From positions 1 through 64,000 of the forward strand of contig JAYGCM010000087.1 of NCBI GenBank assembly GCA_046583355.1: a DNA stretch of 64,000 nucleotides, given 5' to 3'. Shown here in pieces: positions 59,903-64,000 of this stretch. A model generated the notes under the pieces. The model ran no database searches and was not told the origin of the DNA. It worked only from the letters and a program-made list of their open reading frames with translations. A program made the position numbers and the translations under genes. How positions within the stretch are numbered: position 1 is the stretch's first letter; each line of letters starts with the position of its first letter. The DNA is from Deltaproteobacteria bacterium. Lineage in GTDB: Bacteria; Desulfobacterota; Binatia; UBA12015.

Positions 59903-60967
59903 GTGAAGGTCGTTTTCATCATCGAGGACTCGCTGCCGAATCGGGCGGTGAGTCCTTCGACGACTCCGCATCTCTGGAAATTCATGGCGGCCGGTGCGTG
60001 CCACGCCGCCGGAGGGCGCGCGGTGCTGAGTACCGCCACTTACCCGAACCACGCGAGTTTCATCACCGGAGCCGTGCCCGAAGCACATGGGGTGGTGACC
60101 AATCGAGTCTGGGATGGCGCGCGATTCGTCTGCGCTTCCGGGATCGGGCCGACCAGCGAGACCCTCTTTGCGGCGGCGCGCCGCGCCGGCGTGTCTACCT
60201 CGGCGGTATTGGGCGACCAAAAACTTGTCGGTGTGATGGGCGCTGTCGCGGCCGACGGCCATTGGCCCCCACGGGGATTGCTTCCCGAGGGGACTCTGCT
60301 CGACGAGTTTCAATACGCGACCGACGCGGCCGTATTGGGGGCCCTCGGGGAGACCGCGGCCTTGGAGGCCGATCTTGCCGTTGTGCACCTGAATGATCCG
60401 GATACCGCCTGCCACCTCTTCGGGCCTGATTCGGAAGAAGCGCGCGTGCGTTTCCAAGCAACCGATGCGGCCTTTGGTCAGATTCTCGAAATGCTGGCAC
60501 CCGGGTGGGAAGACACGATCGTCTTTGTTGTCAGTGACCACGATCAGGAAACGATGCTCGACGAGCCGGCAATCGATCTCGCGGCCATCTTGGCGGAACG
60601 CGGTCTGCCGGGCAAGGTGGTCTCCGAAGGCACGACCGCACAGGTCGTGCAGGGCCCGACGCTTGACGAATTACGCGCGCTACCGGGCGTTACCGGGGTT
60701 GCCGCCAGCGGCAGCGGTAGGAGTCTGGTCTGGGGCGCGCCGGGAACAGCCTTCGGCACGGTCGATTGGCGCCTTAAAGGCGGCCACGGCAGTCCGCGCA
60801 CGGATACCCAGGTGGCGGCGGTCGGCGGCGGCCACCCTTTGGTCGAGCCGCTCGGCGACTCTCTGCGCGTTCGTCGCCCGGACGCGACCGATTGGGCACC
60901 GACCATGGCGGCTCTTTTGGGCTTCGCCCTGGCCGACGCAACCGGCACGCCTCTGCTCGCTTCTTGA
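59903..60967 (+). CDS. Alkaline phosphatase superfamily, nucleotide pyrophosphatase/phosphodiesterase type
   Basis: TATYPNHASFITG..P..HGVVTN, DPDTACH, VVSDHDQ, GGHGS. Confidence 0.85.
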   Translation: MKVVFIIEDSLPNRAVSPSTTPHLWKFMAAGACHAAGGRAVLSTATYPNHASFITGAVPEAHGVVTNRVWDGARFVCASGIGPTSETLFAAARRAGVSTSAVLGDQKLVGVMGAVAADGHWPPRGLLPEGTLLDEFQYATDAAVLGALGETAALEADLAVVHLNDPDTACHLFGPDSEEARVRFQATDAAFGQILEMLAPGWEDTIVFVVSDHDQETMLDEPAIDLAAILAERGLPGKVVSEGTTAQVVQGPTLDELRALPGVTGVAASGSGRSLVWGAPGTAFGTVDWRLKGGHGSPRTDTQVAAVGGGHPLVEPLGDSLRVRRPDATDWAPTMAALLGFALADATGTPLLAS

Positions 60968-60997
60968 GGGCAGAGCGTCGTGCGCCTGTGGATGGTT

Positions 60998-61423
60998 TCA
61001 GCGGTAGCTGGAGATCCAATCGTCCTGGCGGCGGCACCAGTCGAGGTGCTTGCGGTCAAGCGCGGTGGCCGAGACGCGCCGATTCTCCCAGACGAAGGTG
61101 GCCTCCGCCGCGGTGAATTCGGCAAGGAAATCGCCGAAGGCTGCCGTGCGATTGGTTGCGCGCTGGCTCCGGATGGTCTCGGCTACGATCGGTGCTGCCA
61201 GCGCCTCGTAGAGTTTGCGCGATTTCGCGCGCCCGGCGAGTTTATGAAACCCGAGGACACGCGGTGCCCCGTCATTGCATAGGGTGATGGCGGCGAGCTG
61301 GTAGGGCGTGAGCTGATCTCGCCCATCGCCCTCCGCCGAGCGGTTCTCACACCCCGCCAGACCCAGCCCGAAGGCCAGCAAAGCGACCCATTGCCCACGC
61401 CTTGCCTGTCCCCGGAATCGCAC
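60998..61423 (-). CDS. Putative lipoprotein
   Basis: GAGGA SD, GTG start, lipobox LAGC. Confidence 0.55.
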   Translation of the reverse strand: MRFRGQARRGQWVALLAFGLGLAGCENRSAEGDGRDQLTPYQLAAITLCNDGAPRVLGFHKLAGRAKSRKLYEALAAPIVAETIRSQRATNRTAAFGDFLAEFTAAEATFVWENRRVSATALDRKHLDWCRRQDDWISSYR

Positions 61424-61563
61424 GCCTTCATCCTCGCCGCTCCGGCCCCCATTTGCCACTCCCACCAACAAGCGGCCAACAAGGGGACGAATTTCGGTAC
61501 ACGTCCCCTGAAGGAGACGGGGTGGGTGGCCTTCGGTGGGGGGCTTTGGCAGGGTGGGGCGAG

Positions 61564-63294
61564 ATGGGGGATGTGCGGGGATATGGGGGGCGGGGTTTGT
61601 TGCGGGACCTTTCGGCGGGGCTTGTGGTGGCGGCGCTGGCGGTGCCGCAGGGTGTGGCCTACGCGCTGATCGCGGGGTTGCCGCCGGCGATGGGGCTTTA
61701 TGCCGCGGGGTTGCCTGCGGTTGCGGCGGGGTTGGTGCGCTCTTCGCGCTATGTCGTCGCCGGTCCCTCCAACGCGCTCTCTTTGTTGGTGGGTGGTTCG
61801 GTGGCCGCCTTGGCGGTCTCGGAGGGGACCGATCCGGTCTCTATCGCGATTGCGCTCGCCCTATGGGTGGGGCTTGTTCAGTTGGCGGCGGGCGTGCTGC
61901 GTCTGGGCGTGGCCGTGGGCTATATATCGGCTTCTGTCGTGCTCGGCTATATTGCGGGTGCGGCGACGTTGATCGTCTGGGGTCAGTTGCCGAATTTGGC
62001 CGGGAATCTGGAGATGGCGGTGGGGCTGGGCTCGGCGCTCGGCATGGTTCTGCTTGGCCGGATCGGCCGGTTCTTTCCGGCGGCGTTGGTATCGATCGGC
62101 TCGGTGACCGCCATCGCTTGGTTTGCCGAATTGCCTTTGGCGACGGTGGCGGACCTGGCAAAGGTGCCGGCCGAGTTGCCGCGGCTCACCATTCCCTTCG
62201 AGATGCCGATCGCGACGCATCTCGCGCTTTTGCCGGCTGCGATTGCTGCCTCGGTTCTTTCGCTTGTCGAGTCAACCGCTGTGGGGCGCAAGCTCGCCAG
62301 CGCGAGCGGCGAGAGGGTGGACACCAATCGCGAGATCATCGGCCAGGGTGCGGCGAATATCGCGGCCTCCTTCGTGGGTGGCTACCCGGTCAGCGGCAGT
62401 CTGGGTCGCTCGGTTCTGAATCATTCGGCGGGTGCGCAGACCCGTTTTGCGGGGATCGCCTCGGGCATTTTCGTTTTGCTCGCTGTGGTGGTCGGCGCGC
62501 CCTTGGTCGACGCCATTCCGATCGCGAGCCTTGCCGGCATGTTGCTCGTGCTGGCCTGGGGCCTGATCGATTTCCGCTCGATCCAGCGTGCCTTGCGCGG
62601 CAGCTTGGGTGACTCGGCTGCCTTGGTGGTTACCTTTGTCGGTACCTGGACGCTGCGCCTCGATCACGCGATCTACCTGGGCGTTGGCGTGAGCATCGTG
62701 CTCTTCCTGCGCCGCGCGCAGATGCTGGTCGTGCGTGAATTACAAGTCGGGACGGATGGTCGTCTATGGGAAGCCAAGGGGCGCAGTTGCCGGGTGGTGC
62801 GCGTGCTGCACGCCGAGGGGCCGCTCTTTTTCGCAGCCGCCTCCGAACTGCAAAACGCGCTCGATGCCGCGCTTGCCGACGAGAAACTCCAGGTTCTTCT
62901 GCTGCGGCTCAAGCGAACACAGGGGCTGGATCTGTCGGCCGCGCAGGTGCTTGAAGAGACGGCGGTTCGGCTGGCGGCGCGCGGCGGCCGGCTGCTTCTG
63001 GTCGGCCTGCTGCCGGACCCGATGGCGCTGCTGGCGCGCACGGGCATTGCCGCGGTGATCGGCGAGGAGAATATCTTCCCCACGCAGGCCGGTTGGTTCG
63101 TCGCGATGGATCAGGCACTCGCCGTCGCCATGGCGCATGATGATCACGAGGGTGGTTGCCCGCTTTTGGCCTATCTCGCGACGCGCGACGGGCGCCCGAT
63201 TCCCGACGGCGAGGTGCACCGCGACGATGCCGATGCGGCGCAAGCGGAGGAAGAGCATAAAGGAAGCCGCGCAGACCCTGCGCGAGAGAGGTGA
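61564..63294 (+). CDS. SulP/SLC26 anion transporter with STAS domain
   Basis: VPQGVAYALIAGLP..GLY, VAGPSNA, NREIIGQGAANI, SGSLGRS, EGPLFFAAA. Confidence 0.92.
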   Translation: MGDVRGYGGRGLLRDLSAGLVVAALAVPQGVAYALIAGLPPAMGLYAAGLPAVAAGLVRSSRYVVAGPSNALSLLVGGSVAALAVSEGTDPVSIAIALALWVGLVQLAAGVLRLGVAVGYISASVVLGYIAGAATLIVWGQLPNLAGNLEMAVGLGSALGMVLLGRIGRFFPAALVSIGSVTAIAWFAELPLATVADLAKVPAELPRLTIPFEMPIATHLALLPAAIAASVLSLVESTAVGRKLASASGERVDTNREIIGQGAANIAASFVGGYPVSGSLGRSVLNHSAGAQTRFAGIASGIFVLLAVVVGAPLVDAIPIASLAGMLLVLAWGLIDFRSIQRALRGSLGDSAALVVTFVGTWTLRLDHAIYLGVGVSIVLFLRRAQMLVVRELQVGTDGRLWEAKGRSCRVVRVLHAEGPLFFAAASELQNALDAALADEKLQVLLLRLKRTQGLDLSAAQVLEETAVRLAARGGRLLLVGLLPDPMALLARTGIAAVIGEENIFPTQAGWFVAMDQALAVAMAHDDHEGGCPLLAYLATRDGRPIPDGEVHRDDADAAQAEEEHKGSRADPARER

Positions 63295-63297
63295 ACG

Positions 63298-64000
63298 ATG
63301 GCGGACGTGATTGAGGCCGATTGGGATATGACGTCGTACTTCCCCGAGCATGGAGGCGGGGTCTACCGGGCATTTCGTGAGGAGTTGGTGGCGGATGTTG
63401 CCGAGCTCCGCCGGGCCCTGCCGGGTCTGGGCGCCATCGACGCCGAGGGGTTGGAGCGCTGGGAGGCGTGGCTGCTCCGGTTGGAAGATGTCGCTGCCCG
63501 CAACCGGCACCTCGGCTCCTACCTGGGCTGCCTTTCTGCGGCGGATGCGCGCGACCAGGCGGTCGCCGCCGATGTCGCCGCCGGAGCGGCCCTGCGCGCG
63601 GAGATCGAGAAGGCCCTGGTGGGTCTGCGTTCGTCTCTGCGCGACGCCGCTGAAGAGGATTTCGGCGCGCTACTTGCGCGCGACGCGCTCGCGCCGGTGG
63701 CCTGGTACCTGCGTCAGGCGCGTTTGCGCTCCCTCTTCAGCATGCAGAGCGCGCTCGAAGGCCTGGCGGCAGACCTCGGCGTCGATGGCATTGCCGCCTG
63801 GGGACGGCTCTACGACAATCTCTCCAGCGCACTCGAATTCGATTTCGAGTCGCCCGATGGGGCGATTCAGCGCTTGCCGATCTCGCGCGCCCGCAGCCTG
63901 ATGGGTGACGCCGACCCGGCCGTGCGACGCGCTTCATTTGCCGGCGCGAACCGCGCCTGGGAGACGCAACTCGAGACCTGTGCGGCCGCGCTCAACGCGA
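63298..64000 (+). CDS. M3B oligoendopeptidase F family, 5' part; runs off the window
   Basis: GAGGTG SD; manual translation MADVIEADWDMTSYFP...DLGVDGIAAWGRLYDNLSS...DADPAVRRASF. Confidence 0.8.
   Translation, partial: MADVIEADWDMTSYFPEHGGGVYRAFREELVADVAELRRALPGLGAIDAEGLERWEAWLLRLEDVAARNRHLGSYLGCLSAADARDQAVAADVAAGAALRAEIEKALVGLRSSLRDAAEEDFGALLARDALAPVAWYLRQARLRSLFSMQSALEGLAADLGVDGIAAWGRLYDNLSSALEFDFESPDGAIQRLPISRARSLMGDADPAVRRASFAGANRAWETQLETCAAALNA

Overview
GC-rich, gene-dense bacterial chromosomal segment with about 55 CDS. I found no rRNA, tRNA, CRISPR array or intact transposase. The style of the secreted Cys-rich proteins and signalling genes suggests a Binatia/Myxococcota-like deltaproteobacterium (inference only). 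Recognisable genes: wecA (partial), wecB, pgi, metH, cyaY, heme A synthase, CbpA-like DnaJ, glutathione peroxidase, an MlaE-MlaF-MlaD-PqiC-type MCE operon, MATE/APC/GPH/SulP/AmpG transporters, a TonB-dependent receptor and a partial M3 oligoendopeptidase. The best candidate for an undescribed system is at 49.8-61 kb. A PDZ-like/multi-TM/GAF sensor kinase lies back-to-back with an NtrC-type activator. Directly downstream are candidate enhancer boxes and a sigma-54 promoter, then a 68-aa ORF, a 1262-aa Ca/Cys-repeat exoprotein, a heme-c/PHM-type copper monooxygenase lipoprotein and a phosphodiesterase. Other notable items: a coupled membrane protein + GTPase + dynamin-like triad; an internally deleted HNH element with a putative SOS box; an RRM gene apparently starting at ATC; a secreted protein with mirror-symmetric cysteine spacing; a sigma-54-driven solo XRE gene; phased intergenic repeats; and several probable leaderless transcripts. 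Family calls come from motif recognition by eye, with no database searches.
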